From: a virus
Strand: one strand, 5' to 3'
IMG/VR virus record: IMGVR_UViG_3300020473_000015
Length of the DNA stretch: 64,000 nucleotides
The position numbers and the translations under genes were made by a program. The notes below the pieces were generated by a model that searched no databases, was not told the DNA's origin, and was given only the letters and a program-made list of their open reading frames with translations. This document shows positions 63,138 through 64,000 of the stretch, one piece after another. Numbering within the stretch: the first letter of the stretch is position 1; each line of letters opens with the position of its first letter.

Positions 63138-64000
63138 ATGTATGTGTCGTTATTACGACCTATAATCCCATTAGTATTATTAATAGCACTTTTATCAGCA
63201 TGTGGTGATGATAAACAAGGGAATTCTTTACCTCAAAATAATATTACCTATCCAGATATAATTTCAGATACACAAGATACGAGTAACACAGAAGATGTCG
63301 AAGACACTAAAGAAATAGAAGAAGATACGTATTCTATTTGGACAGATCCGTGTGTTGAATGCGCATGGTATTTTTGTGCAAATTTAGATGTAATGTATCA
63401 AAAACAAATTTGTGTTAATAATTGCGAAGATCCAGCGACAGTAGTTTATGAAAGTGAGTGCAAAGAGCACCTTGAATGTAATCCCGCTCAACAACTATTA
63501 GAAACAGCAATTCCATGTACAACAGAAGATGGATATCCAGGATTTAAAGACAAAATATGCAATAAAGGTCAAATACAATATACAAATTGTAAATCAGACT
63601 GTTCAGAAGAGGTGTGTGACCTCGTAGACAACGATTGCGATGGTGAGATCGATGAAGGCGTTATAAACGCCTGTGGACAGTGTGGAGACGTTCCTGAAGA
63701 GGTTTGTGACTATATAGACAACGATTGTGATGGTGTAATTGACAATGGCGTTGCAAATGCATGTGGAGGCTGTGGAAAAGTACCAGAAGAAGTTTGTAAT
63801 GGTATTGACGATGACTGCGATGGTGAAGTCGATGAGGGTCAATTAAATGCGTGTGGAGAATGTGGTCCACTAGAAGATGAAATTTGCGATGGTATTGATA
63901 ACGATTGTAATGGATTAATCGATGAAGACTTGGTGGGAGAATGTTCTACAGACTGTGAAAAAAATCTACAATATTGTGTTGGTGGACAGTGGATATGTAC
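63138..64000 (+). CDS. lipoprotein with MopE-type Cys/Asp repeats (truncated by window edge)
   Basis: GGAGG SD, LLSAC lipobox; EEVCD.xDNDCDG.IDE repeats; missing from the ORF track because no stop lies within the window. Confidence 0.85.
   Translation, partial: MYVSLLRPIIPLVLLIALLSACGDDKQGNSLPQNNITYPDIISDTQDTSNTEDVEDTKEIEEDTYSIWTDPCVECAWYFCANLDVMYQKQICVNNCEDPATVVYESECKEHLECNPAQQLLETAIPCTTEDGYPGFKDKICNKGQIQYTNCKSDCSEEVCDLVDNDCDGEIDEGVINACGQCGDVPEEVCDYIDNDCDGVIDNGVANACGGCGKVPEEVCNGIDDDCDGEVDEGQLNACGECGPLEDEICDGIDNDCNGLIDEDLVGECSTDCEKNLQYCVGGQWIC
63606..63932 (+). repeat. four 90-nt (30-aa) coding repeats, the last partial
   Basis: units begin at 63606, 63696, 63786, 63876. Confidence 0.9.

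Noticed and set aside
1-64000. Cellular chromosome origin (dnaE, groEL, clpP, guaB, recA)
   Set aside because: No ribosomal, envelope-biosynthesis or central-metabolism operons; gp32-like SSB, gp41-like helicase, endolysins, dense small ORFs and near-unidirectional layout indicate a large phage.
1-64000. Genome-wide stop-codon reassignment
   Set aside because: Long conserved genes are intact in the standard code, and TAA, TAG and TGA all occur as true stops; only one isolated in-frame TGA was seen (58275).

Overview
64 kb from a large (jumbo/huge) AT-rich dsDNA bacteriophage. Almost all real genes are on the + strand, and no ribosomal-protein or other cell-only genes are present. Four zones: (1) 0.6-23 kb, replication and nucleotide core: compact PolA, divergent tubulin/FtsZ-like protein, gp32-like SSB, RecA/UvsX, 5'-3' exonuclease, DnaB-type helicase, class II RNR, ThyX, DnaE, dUTPase, GuaB-like, three canonical tRNAs and a tRNA body with a ~120-nt structured insert. 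(2) 23-34 kb: sigma-r4 protein, ClpP-like protease, amidase, GroEL, glutaredoxin, and a fatty-acid-hydroxylase / CglF-like / PAP2 / LeuA-dimer cluster. (3) 34.2-47.3 kb, a GC-richer putative early region with ten near-identical TTGAC(A/T)-17-GATAAT promoters, a MoxR/VWA pair and a chain of small KOW/SH3-like 'MQVGDLV' genes joined by a conserved dual-coding junction. (4) 47.5-64 kb, a putative late region in which most of the window's ~20 unrelated proteins with a shared N-terminal leader (MKLxKxxLKQIIKEEL or MKLLFENWRxYLxE) lie, including kinases, a HAD phosphatase, a nucleotidyltransferase and a Nudix fusion. A CglF-like gene and a MopE-repeat lipoprotein suggest a Myxococcota/Bdellovibrionota-type host. 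All family assignments come from motifs recognised by eye; no database searches were run.
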